Below, piece by piece: positions 52,764-64,000 of a DNA stretch of 64,000 nucleotides (positions within the stretch are counted from its first letter, which is position 1; each line of letters opens with the position of its first letter). The notes beneath the pieces were generated by a model. It was not told where the DNA came from and did no database searches. It saw only the letters and a program-made list of their open reading frames with translations. The translations under genes were made by a program, and so were the position numbers. The stretch lies in contig NW_024704742.1 of NCBI RefSeq assembly GCF_018977255.1, forward strand, positions 98,148,001-98,212,000, written 5' to 3'. This DNA comes from Callorhinchus milii (taxonomy: Eukaryota).

Positions 52764-53072
52764 TGGGTTCGATTCCCAGCTGGGCGAAATGTTGGGCAAG
52801 TTTCCTTACTCCACATGCCTCTGTTTACCTAGCAGTAAGTAGGAACCTGTTTGTTAGTCTATTGGCGGATCGCTTTTCGGGGAGTAATAAATCCTTCAAA
52901 AAAAAATTAGGTCACTCAATCCACGACTGTTTGTGGGACACTGCTGTGCGCAATTGCTTGCCATGTTTTGTCCCCAAATACACAGTCAATTCACTTTACA
53001 GTATATTCTATGAAGAGTTTGGAGACATCTCGAAGATGTGATATGTCAAATGCAAGGATTATTATTATTATT
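52764..53072 (+). mobile_element. tRNA-derived SINE, long form, 5'-truncated
   Basis: Starts at the B box (gggttcgattccc) and has an extra ~65-bp central segment 52820-52884. Confidence 0.88.
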
Positions 53073-53769
53073 TTGTAATGCACTTTGAGAAGGTTATTTT
53101 GCATTCAAATACAAGTTACTATTATTACGTATTATTATTATTGTTACTGTCCTATAGTTTCACACAAAATTCTCATGAAAACTGGATATTTTCAGGGATT
53201 TGCATGTAAAGCTAATAGAGGGTACAGGACAGCAGGGAATTAGACTTAGGGAGGATGGCTTCTTGAAGGAGCAAAGGATGAAACAAAATAATGGACGATG
53301 AATTTCCTCCTGTGTCATACATTTCTACGGTTTTATGTCAATGTTGTACACTAATAGGTTTATAAGACTACAACAGATTTCTCTGCTACGCTGCTTCAGC
53401 TGAGAAGGTACAAGTACAAATGGTCTGCTCAGGCATGTCAAATCATTTAGAACTTACTTTTTACAGGGTTATAACATCTTGTACTGTATATAGATATTCC
53501 TAGTTTTACGGGCATTTATTATCCAAAGAGATACACATGCTCTCACACAGGCTAAAATGATTACTGTTTGACCAATACAGTTATCAGACGTAAGCAAACC
53601 CTTTAAAGGGACTTAGAAATATGGAGGACCATTGTGATTCAATCGGTAGGTCCCAAAGCAGAAATGAAACAATATATTACTCCATTGTTCATACACCTGA
53701 ATCAACTTCTTCACAATATACTACTAGATACTACTACAATAGATTGTGTTAGCCTGGCTAATAAGTGAC

Positions 53770-54029
53770 TAGAAGACATCAATTTAAGGTGGAAAGTTTA
53801 AGATACTTTTTTTTCAAGCAGAGTAGTTAGGAAATGGAATGCTCTGCTGGGAGTGGTGGTTGTGGCAGAATCCATCTTAGCTTTCTTTCAAACCAGGACT
53901 AGATAAATATCTCAAAACAGGTATGTGGTGAAAGGGCATGTACATGAGACTGGAAGTTTGCTCTTAAAAGAGCCAGGGTAGACATGATGGGCTGAATGTC
54001 CTTCTGTGCTGTCAATTTCTGTGGTCTAT
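53770..54029 (+). mobile_element. CR1 3' end remnant
   Basis: tttttcaagcagagtagttaggaaatggaatgctctgctgggagtggtgg and tail gatgggctgaatgtccttctgtgctgtcaatttctgtg. Confidence 0.75.
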
Positions 54030-54462
54030 GGCTCAGTTGGTAGCACTCTCATCTCTGAGTCAGAAGGTTGTGGTTTGAAGATGCAAATTGGGACTTTTAG
54101 CTCATAGTCTAGACTATCAGCTTAAAGTCCAATGCAGTGCTGGAGCGTGAGCTGCCCGTTGGAGGTGCCATCCTTCAGATCAGATGTTAAACCAAGGTCC
54201 TTTCAGTCTGTTCAGTTGGACAGTAAAGAACCTGTGCCATGACTTGAAAAGGGAAGGGAGGTTTCTCCCAGTGTCTTGGTCAACAATCCCCCAGATCACG
54301 TTGGTCATTCGTTCATGGCTGTTTGTGGAACATTGCTGTGTCAAATTGGCTGCCGCATTTCCCTACAAATACACAGTCATCACACTCACAGTAAATCCTA
54401 TAAAGTGCTTTGAGACACTTTTAACGCCATGATAAGCTGCTATATCAAATGTAAAGATTATC
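54030..54462 (+). mobile_element. DeuSINE-like element, near full length
   Basis: tggctcagttggtagcactctc head, ggaggtgccatccttcagatcagatgttaaaccaagg core, L2-type tail. Confidence 0.82.
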
Positions 54463-54830
54463 AGATATCGAATTTCTTCTCAAATTTGCTGACCCAATCT
54501 ACCTTCACTGGCTCCCCGAGTAGCCCATTCTAGAAATTTGTCATTCTCTGTGTAAAGAAGTTCAAGAGTCCCCATTATACTGAACTGCAAGAAGTCATCA
54601 ACAGCAGTTCTGGTGTTAGGTATAATTATTCATGACAAGCTGTTAAAAACGACTCTAGTGCTGACAGAAGCACCTGTTGTGTTTTCATAAACTTGTTGGT
54701 TTTAGCCATTACTATTTTATGTGCACCCGCCTTTGAAAGAGAATTTTTGGTTGGAACCCTGCTCACTGAACTCACTCAAGTTGTTGCTGTTTTTCTTGCA
54801 GATTTTATGTTAGCTCAGAAGCCCCAATGT

Positions 54831-55205
54831 GGAGTCCTGTAGCTCAGTGGTTAGAGCACTTGCCTCGCAAGCAAGAGACCTGGGTTCAATTCCCGGCAGG
54901 GAGAAATGTTGGGCAAGTTTCCTTTCTCACACACCTTTGTTTACCTACCAGTTTGTAGGAACCCGGTTGTTAGTCGATTGGCGGATCGCTTTTCCGGAGG
55001 CAATAATTCCTTCAAAAATAATAATAATAATAAATTGGTCACTTCAATCCACAACTGCTTGTGGGACACTGCTATGCGTAATTGGCTGCCGAGTTACGCC
55101 CACAAAATATACAGTCAATTCACTTCACAATATATTCTGTGAAACATTTTGAGACATCTCAAAGACGTAATAAAGCGCTATATCAATTGCAAGGATTATT
55201 ATTAT
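54831..55205 (+). mobile_element. tRNA-derived SINE, long form, full length
   Basis: Same head and tail as the short form plus a central segment 54936-55000. Confidence 0.9.
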
Positions 55206-55689
55206 GTGCCGAGCCTTTCTCACACTTCCCTTCAACGTTTTACTTCCGATAACTTCTTTTACTGAATTAGCAAATAATATTCAAGGTGGCGAGGTGGTCT
55301 GATGAAACTTCCCCACAGGTCAAGTTTTAAAAAGATTCGATCAATACAAACCAACATACTTTGGATCATTATTGTACATCAACTTGAAATGCATTCGTGG
55401 GCAATAACAGAGGGTCATCTGATCTCTTGGGAGGGAACGAGTAAGTCTAAAATCAGAAGCTCACTTGTTCCATTCTACTCTTTGTTCACCTTGCAGTTTG
55501 ATTACCTTTTAATAAGCAACACTCGAAAAACAAATCTATTTTGTGATTTGCAAATATTGGATTCCATGCTTGTAAATCCCAATAATGCAAAGCCCAAAAA
55601 AGGGCACTGAGCAAAACTGCTTGGTCCATTTCCCTATCCTGAGCAAGTGAGCAGACCCTCAATGTCGAGAGAACCGCTGTTGTGTATTA

Positions 55690-56005
55690 TAACAATCTAC
55701 AGTGTAGCACATCAGAGCCCCAATGTCTTAGTACTCTATGGCATAGCACACACAACACACTATAGCATTATAAAACTAGTCCAAAGTACAGGACAGGTTG
55801 TCACAATGCATCAGAGCCCAACACCTTTACATTGTGCACTGGCGCAGTATTAGCACAGTACAACATAGACCAATTATCTCATCGCTCCATACCACAATAT
55901 ACCAGAGAACATTGTCGCACCATTCTATACAATTCCAACCAAGGCCCATTTTCTTAGCACTATGTAGCACCAACATTCCTATAGCACATCAAACCCCATT
56001 ATGCC
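55690..56005. repeat. Degenerate TAGCAC-containing tandem repeat
   Basis: Recurring tagcac(a) units and catcagagccc twice. Confidence 0.55.
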
Positions 56006-56339
56006 TTTTACAGAACTTTTCTAATTAATTATTAGTGAACTGCTATGTTTTTATCAAGTTTCAATCCAAGTCCCAATGCAAAGTCTGAGCACATGGGGGC
56101 CTAATGAACAGAAATTTGCTCCTGATCCACCACTGTTCAGATTGTGATCTTCTTCAAGGCTCAGCTAACTGAGATTGAAAGAATTGAAAGAAATTTATTT
56201 GCATGCATTTCTAACCTGAGCATGAGTCTGGTTTTCGTATGGAATTGTGCAATTTAATACCATTAACCATTCAATCCTCTCCCCCAATGTCCTCCCTGAT
56301 AAAACTCTGTAGTTCTATACCTTCCCTTTTGCATTCCCG

Positions 56340-56832
56340 CCAGTCCTAACATTTTCAATTTGTCTCCTTCTCCTACTGTCCTCGGTTGTTAACATGGGTT
56401 CTGTCCTTGGTTCTCTCCTTTTCCTCATCTATATGACCTCCCTTAGTGACATCATACCCAGGCATGGGTTCCACTCCCGTAAGTCTGCTGATGGCACCCA
56501 AGTCTACCATTGTGTCTCCACCCTCGCCTCCAGGATCATTCCTATTCTGATAGACTGCTTGTCAGATATCAAGTCCTGGATGAGCCAGCCTTTGCTTTCT
56601 CTAGCTTAAAGTCAAGAAAACTGAAGATATCTTGCTTGGCTCCTGATATTCCTCCATTCACCCCTTCCCTCTTTCTCTGCTTTTAAAACTTGTTTAAAGG
56701 CCCGTCTCTTTGACTGCACCTTTGTGTGCCTCTCCCCTGCTCCCCTTCCTTGTCTCCCACTCCAATGTTGTGAAGCATTTTCAGATGTCCTCCCTGCTTG
56801 AAACATGCCATATGAGTGCAAATTGTTGTTGT
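56340..56832 (+). mobile_element. L2 RT fragment and L2 3' end
   Basis: GSVLGSLLFLIYMTSLSDII.RHGF....ADGTQVY...CLSDIKSWMSQ, a degenerate L2 RT motif set. Confidence 0.85.
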
Positions 56833-58157
56833 TTCAATTTCTTAACAATGGGGCTTTCAGATGAAGTAAGCTGAGATGCAGTACTGGAACGATTTTCCTT
56901 CAGTTTGCAACAGCAATATTTAATATAGCATTTTTTATATAGGTTGAAGTGCTTCACAAATACGATGGGGATCAATGAGCAGAGAGGAAAGGAGAAGAAT
57001 TTGAGGCATTTGTTTAAGAGGGTTATGAAGGCAAAGAGAGAAGGCATGAGGCAAAATGATTTTGAGAAAGTTACAGATAATTGGGGAACATTGACTGGAG
57101 GCTTCATTTTGTTGACTTTTCAGTCAAGGGATGCATTATTTGCTATGTGTCAATGAAACAAAAGCGGTGACTTTATTTGCAGTAACTTTGGGTAAAGCTA
57201 TTAGCATAAAATTTGCAGTATTTCTCAACAGATTTTTAATGTAATCTGTAATTATTTTTAAAACATCACTACATGTGCTAAAGTATGCCGTCAAGAAATA
57301 TCGCAGGCTAGACTGAACTCTTCTGGAGGAATCAAATTATGCAAAGCTTTATATGAAGAGGACACTGTGGGCACATACTGTGGTATCTGTAGTACATTAT
57401 AAGCAGAGCAAACAAGGCTGGAATAGAAACTTTCCATAGAACCATAGAAATCCATTACACAGTAGGAGGCCATTTGACTAAAATGCATTAGTGTCGGTTT
57501 CATTTTAACGCAGTACAAAATCCTTATTTGTTTTTAACCTTTCAGTTATTTTGCACCAAAGTGAAATATACATTTCAAGTAAGGCAGCAAGCAGATTAAC
57601 AATCTAGGCTTTTATACTTTATAATATGTCGTTGTAGAGTTTTTAAGGTTTTTCTACAGTTATATGAAAGAAGATGTTCTACCATAAATCATTTTAACTT
57701 TTCACATGGAAAGTCATTCATGACATTCAGTCCAAGATATGTATACTGTGAGTTTTAGACTTTTAAAAGTTACTGGCCTAGACACTCATGTTACTGTTAC
57801 ATCAGTGTAACTAATATATTGAATTTTACAGTATTTTGAAAGCTTCAAGCACCTAGCATTTTAAGAGTTAACTAAATACTTAAATACTTACTTGTGGATG
57901 TTTGCCATGTTAAACCAACACCCAAACCTATTCAACTCGCCTGTTGATGCTAGGATTTGAACACCTGGGTCTAAATACTGAAATCCCTTATTTCTAATCC
58001 TCATTAGTGAAGAGTACCAGCACTACAATCCAGTGTGAAGAATCTTTTATTAAGCATCACTGTATCTGTGCAGCAAGAAATCTGTGCAAAATTACTGCAT
58101 ATTCCCAACACCACCTGCAGACTCTGATAGGAACCTTTATTTGGAGAATCTTCCACT

Positions 58158-58330
58158 GGGTAGAAATACCACCTGGATTGAGATTTACTCTATTAATGTA
58201 ATATTTCCGAGCTGTCTTTTGAGAACTACGGAAAATGGGCTACAAGTTGCTGAATTCCACAATTTGCTAGATTTTGCACAATGCTGAAATACTGAGTTAA
58301 TAGAGTAAATCTAGTCTGGAGATTTACGCC
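58158..58330. mobile_element. Palindromic MITE-like family copy
   Basis: Perfect 16-bp inverted repeat AGATTTACTCTATTAA (58181-58196) / TTAATAGAGTAAATCT (58297-58312); left terminus gggtagaaataccacc. Confidence 0.65.
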
Positions 58331-59539
58331 ACTCATCTCTTAAGAGGGATCACCTGTTGATGACCACAAATGACATCTATCAGTCAGACTTCACTGTAAA
58401 TTTAAATGGTGCTTAATCCAAGACTTTGTTTACACATTTTCCTTATTCTGGAAAATGCAATGTTCATTTTTATTTCTTTAGTTAATCTTCCTTTGCACAA
58501 AGGAGGGGTTATTTTCCATTCCCTTATTCTATACCAATGGAGTAGAAAAGGCTCACCCAGGTCTCTCCTACCAGACAGAAATTCCAGACAGAAGGTCAAG
58601 CAAAGGAGGTTTTAATCATAAGGTGCCACTATTAATTGGGCGAAAGAAGTTCAGGAAAGCTGGGGCTTTGAAATGAACCTTTTATAGCAGAATGATTTTT
58701 AAACTCATAACATTTCACAAGTTAAAATGTTAAATGCATAAAACACAAATAATAAAAACCGAGACCATTCAATGTACAGTGTATATAGACTGTGCAATGT
58801 CTCAAGAGTCACGAAGCAGCATTACATGGGAGTACACTTGAAAGGGTATTTGTCACTGGGCAAAGTTTTCTGAAAAAATGCAGCCAAGTTTGAAATCAAG
58901 CATGAATAATAATCCCATTATCACCATTAGCAATGGCTTCTCTCACAATAAACAAATATTTATTTGAAAAACAAACTTTATTCAACATATATAGCATCTA
59001 CCCGACACATAGGATAGCGCAGTTTAAGCTTTTGGAAAAAATGTCATTACAGTTTCAGGTACTATATACTTAAAATGAATCAAACAATTGCTTTTAAAAG
59101 TCACTCCTGAAATTAATCCTGTGCCCTGAGCTTTAATATTCACAGCTAATGTTACTCTTAAAGAAATATCAGCGATGATATTTTATCCCTAAATATTAAT
59201 TTTAAAAATACACCCATTATATTTTTTTAAAAAAGTTAAGCTGCCATTTTAAAAAAATGTAAGGTGGTTTTGGCGTCCCGAATACAGCTGCCATCTTAAT
59301 TGCATTTCTCAGGCTAGGGCAGGGAAGCAAGATATGTCCTTTTCTAATTGGCTTCCACTGTCCCCCGACTGCTGCAAGTCATTGAGCATTCTTTTAATAA
59401 GACTCATTATTCAATACATCAAAACACTAAATCTATAGCTTTACATTTATTAGAAAAATAAATTTCCTCCCATTTCGGCAATGAATGCCTCCATTGGATC
59501 AGTTAGATAATGCAATGTCATTATTTTTTTCTTACTGAG

Positions 59540-60050
59540 AAACCTAGGTGAAGAGTCTAGGCCGAGAGTCAGTACTGAGTCAAGAGTCAACAATGCAGTG
59601 CAACAGCAACTCTGAAAGAAGAAAGAAGATGAGCTAAGTCCATAAGCATCGGCTTGTCCACTCCAAGCTTAGGTTTTCAAAACTTGTAGAGTGTAGGAAA
59701 AAGGAAAGTTCGAGAGAGGCTCAACAGCTGGGAGATTCTGGGAAAGAATGAGTTGAAGTAGGAGGGAGTGAGATAGTAGTGGAGGTGGGAAATGTTGTTC
59801 AAAGTCTGGGTGAAAGGTTTAACGCTGAGTGTCTTCATAGGCTTTGTGAGGAGTTGGGGTGAGAATCCAGGAAGGTCGATATGGTCAGCGCCAAAGATGG
59901 GGAGGTGCTAACGGAGCCGAGTAGGGCAGCCTCAGTTTTGTCCACTTAGATATGGAGAAAATTAAGGCACATCCAGGACTTGATATCAGTTTATAGGAAT
60001 AGCAGTGTCCTGGAATTGAAGGTGGAGGCAGAAAAATCTAGTTGGATGTC
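59540..60050 (-). mobile_element. Degraded L2 ORF2 fragment
   Basis: catccaggacttgatatc is the reverse complement of gatatcaagtcctggatg (DIKSWM) seen in the L2 at 56566; purine-rich plus strand. Confidence 0.65.
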
Positions 60051-62529
60051 ATCTGTTTAAATATGGAAGGTGTAAATATAAAGGAAGCATGTAATTGAAG
60101 TAAAGGAAGAGATCGAAGATAGCACGTGTCTGAATAGAGAAAGCCTGTTGCTTTTTAGCATTGCCAAATAGCAACCAGTGCCTTGGGACATCCTCATCCA
60201 TCTCTTTTTTACTGATGTAACCGAAACTACTTTGATTCCACATATTCACTACTCTGTGAAGGGAACAATATAACATCCAGTCTCATTGGAAAAGATTGCC
60301 CTTTTGAACTTATACTCTGTGTTCATAACATCATATTTTAAGGTAAGTAACTTTTATTATCTATGGGTCTTAGCATTCTTAAGAATTGTCCACAACATTC
60401 CTTTATTTATTATTCAACAACAAGTTTAATTCTTGTTATAAATTTTGGTTGAAATCCCAGATTAATTCTTGTTTCTTTTGTTTGAACCTCTCTGACACTT
60501 CAACAACAACAACTTGCATTTATAGTGCCCTTCACACAGGGTAGTGTCTCAGAGTACGTAAATGGCCTTTTGAAGATCTATAGCCCAACATTTAAATATG
60601 GCCTTACTATTTATGCTAGGTTAAAAAAAGCATGTTTGAGTGTATAATCAAACGCCCTCTAGATACATCCCAGTACTTTATTGGCTTTGCTGATAAGATG
60701 TTAGTCAATGTCCTTCACAGAGCACATCCTGAACACACAGAGTGCTCTTTCCACTTGCAGTGCAATGCTTGAATCACTAATCTTGTTGTTCTTCATGCTC
60801 TTTGATGGACAGGTTAGTGACAATCTTATTTCATTCAAATCTTCAAAGACACAACTTCTTTACGTCTCTCATAAATCCAAACAACAGCTACTACCATAAC
60901 TTTGACGGCTCATCTTCTGGTCCTTTGTCATCGACTGACATTCCGGGCCTCACTGTCTCTTCTGATCTCAAATAGAATTCTCCTATCTCTTCAATTGCTG
61001 GAGCTGACTCCAAGATCCTCTATTATCACTTTCAAGCTCCCTTGAACAATTCTTAACTCTCTCTATAAAGACCTACGCCTCTCTAAGGCTTGAATATTGA
61101 CTTTCTTATCTGGAATGGTCTTTGACCATCCTTTTTTCATTCCTGAACAAGAAAAAGAAAAGCATGTTTCTGGTAAATGCTGCTGCTGTCTCCGGTAGTC
61201 TCTCTGTCTCGCCACTGCAAACTTTTTTTTAATCATTATTAATATAGTCATTGTTCCTTTGAACTTTGCCTTTCCAAGCACGAAATATACTGTCCCACAT
61301 GAACATCAGCCAATCTATCCTATCTGTTGGAAGAAAATTTGGCATACATCTTCTCTGGTGGCCAAATATAATGTAAATGTAACGCGAACAACCTCCCACC
61401 ACCTCCCAACCCCCCAAAACATTTTTCCACTTCCAGATTTTCACCATTCAAACTGGCTTCCTTCTATCCCGACAATACTCCCCCCAATATATGGTTACTA
61501 TACAGAAACCATTGTGTCTAATGGAGTATTGTTCATCTTGGTCTGCCATCATTTCTAAAATCCTGCAATAATGTTCTCAAACAGATACGCATCCATTTCT
61601 TCTTTGAAAGAGTTAGTTGACATACAACAACTGCTTTTGTGGAGAATCTGTTTCACACAATCCTCTACTCTGTGGGAATGTGCCCTTGAAGGTGTTAATA
61701 TGACAGTGAACGTCTGCTTTACATGTCATTTCACAAAATGTTCACTATTTGCTAACTGGATAAAATTCTACCTCTCTCAGTCATTGAGATTTTATTATGA
61801 TAATATTACAGTCCAGAAACTAGGTAAAGCACCTGTTACTTACAGAAGAGGAGGATTCAGCTGGAGGATATTGAAAAGCTGTTGTACAGTTGAGAAACTC
61901 TTCATTTTTGCAGTTTTATACAGTTATGGACCTGAGATGATGGATCTCATAATTCACTCAAACCTGAGCTTTTTTTTCACATAATATAAATTTAACACTT
62001 TGGCTTTTGAGTGGAATAAGTGAAGTTTCTGGTTTCTTTTCTTGGCCAATTATTCATATCGATATGCATGTTAATATTTTCTATTGGAGATTGGAGATTC
62101 TTAAGCATGGTGTTATTTGTGAGTGTGTGTTTGTGTCAGACTCCCATTTGACCCAAAAAAATATCATTTTAAAAAGCTTTTTCTTCCACTTGATGGATGG
62201 AGTCAGATCTGAGGCCACCATGATCCCTTTGAAGGCAGAGCAGAACTTTGTAAAGCACATTTGTGGAAAGAGGGACAATGGAAGTCATTCAAAATGGGTA
62301 ATTTTTCAGAATGTAATATTCTCAACCACTGATACCAATTGTATCTATAATATTTGGGTATATTATGAACTAGGTGTAAACCAGGTGTGAATTATTTATA
62401 CATAGTTAAACACAAGCACAGAATAAGACCAATAACTAATGATACATATTATGCAGGCATTTAATTTTTGCTTTGCTACAATGCTATTTGGTGTGATCTA
62501 TGTTGTAAATATATTAAGCAACAATACAT

Positions 62530-62750
62530 GAGAGGATCTACGTGTATAGAGAGAAGAGAAAAGTATGTGTGCATGTATAGAGAGGGGAGAAGGGTGTGTG
62601 AATGTATCGAGAGGAGAGCGTGTTTGCATATATAGAAGTGGTGGAGGGTATGTGTATGCATAGAGATGGAGAGAGAGTGTGGTGTGTATATGTACATTAC
62701 AGAGAAGGAAAATGTTTATGCATGTACAGAGATGGGAGGAGGGAGGAGAG
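62530..62750. repeat. Degenerate ~30-bp minisatellite
   Basis: Repeated (gtgcat)gtatagagag-purine tract-gtgt units. Confidence 0.7.
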
Positions 62751-63299
62751 TACAATTGTATTGGTATGGAGTGAAGTGAACCATTCGATTATTGCTCAAG
62801 TGATTTACAAAGAACCGCCAAGGGGTATACACCTTCAGGATCCTTATTGTCACAATATTATGCAGACTATAAATTATACAGAGAAAAAAAGTCATAAGAG
62901 CAGGATTTGAACTGCAGTGACCTTTGGGATCATCAACAGCAGGAAAGGGACATGAGAATAGGGACCAATGACAGGACACTGAGGAATTCTGATGTAATGA
63001 TCTGCTGAGAATATACTGGCCTTTTCTAATGGCAATTTAGCCAATGCATTAGACGATAGACAATGAGGAACAGTTGAATAGATAGATATACACAGATTTA
63101 TTCCTATGAATGGGGAAGACGTCATAATCCAAAACTGAATGAAGTACTATACAGTCAGGCCTTGTACTTTAGAAACAATCAGGAGTGAAATCTCATGAAG
63201 CTGCTGCGCAATTAGGATGCAAGAAAAACCTTATGTTAATCTGTGTTAACAACTCTAGATGTCACATCATCGTGAAAAAAGAGTGCAAGCAAGAAATAG

Positions 63300-63650
63300 C
63301 AATAGAACGTGCGAGAGACAGACAGACAAACTGGAGAGAGTAAGAGCAAGAGCGAATGTGTGAGAAAGTATGTGTGTGTGTGAGAGAGAGAGAGAGACAG
63401 ACAGAAAGAATATGCGACCGAAGAGAAAGTGTAAGAAAAAGAGAATGAAGGATCAAGAGAGAGTGTGTCAGAAACTGCATGCACTAGAGAGGGTGAGAGA
63501 GAAAGTGTGAGAAAGAGTATGAGAGAGTCAGAGTAAGTGTGAAAGAAAGAATGCACAAGCATAAGAGATTATGAGAAAGAGAGATAGTGAGAGATAGAGA
63601 GTGCAAGAATGAGAGTGAGAGAGTGAGACTGAGAGAAAGTGAGAGAGAAC
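63300..63650. repeat. GA-rich low-complexity region with (GT)n(GA)n core
   Basis: Seen directly. Confidence 0.9.
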
Positions 63651-64000
63651 ATATCCTTTACAGTCGCCTTCAGTTTCCAAAGTATTTGTCCAGAGGGATC
63701 ACAAAAGTGAAAAGCATGTATGTGGAAGATGGGCACTGCATAATGATCTCCATTATTACATTACATGTACTTTACACAACATTTTCTTGTCTAATTAATT
63801 TTGTTCATTAACCATTTTAATACCTTTCTGTTTAGCCTTTATTCTCTGATTGTCCTCACATTGCACAGAACTTCTGCACTGCCTTAAGGAACGAAAGGGA
63901 GAACTACCCTCTGTTGGTACTTACTAAAGCCAAGTCGAGACATACCCATTGTTATACTGTATTTTTATCATTCCCTGGCCACTGGCATGAAGTGATTTAA

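Noticed and set aside
55690..56005. Repeat-spacer appearance of TAGCAC units
   Set aside because: Units are short, irregular and degenerate in vertebrate DNA. Decayed minisatellite, not a CRISPR-like array.
61259..62390. Run of 99-137 aa plus-strand ORFs
   Set aside because: No recognisable domain or splice structure; composition is typical of chance ORFs in AT-rich intron.

Overview
Vertebrate (non-mammalian) genomic DNA, AT-rich. The window holds the 5' part of an RORB (RAR-related orphan receptor beta, NR1F2) gene on the minus strand: three internal coding exons (8492-8407, 2666-2525, 568-152) with canonical GT-AG sites, encoding both zinc fingers and the hinge. The ligand-binding exons lie off the left edge. 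No first exon can be called confidently, so the ~55 kb right of 8492 is most simply the large first intron. That intron contains a young tRNA-Ala-headed SINE family (long and internally deleted forms), older DeuSINE-like elements, L2 and CR1 LINE fragments, palindromic MITE-like elements, local duplications and simple repeats. The repeat set suggests a cartilaginous fish, possibly a holocephalan (inference only). I found no new protein-coding system. The most unusual structures are a ~1 kb inverted duplication with a SINE in one arm, a palindromic element family, a hairpin inserted in a CR1 RT remnant, and ROR-response-element-like motifs inside SINE copies. Repeat boundaries are approximate and read by eye; family names come from recalled consensus sequences, not from a search.
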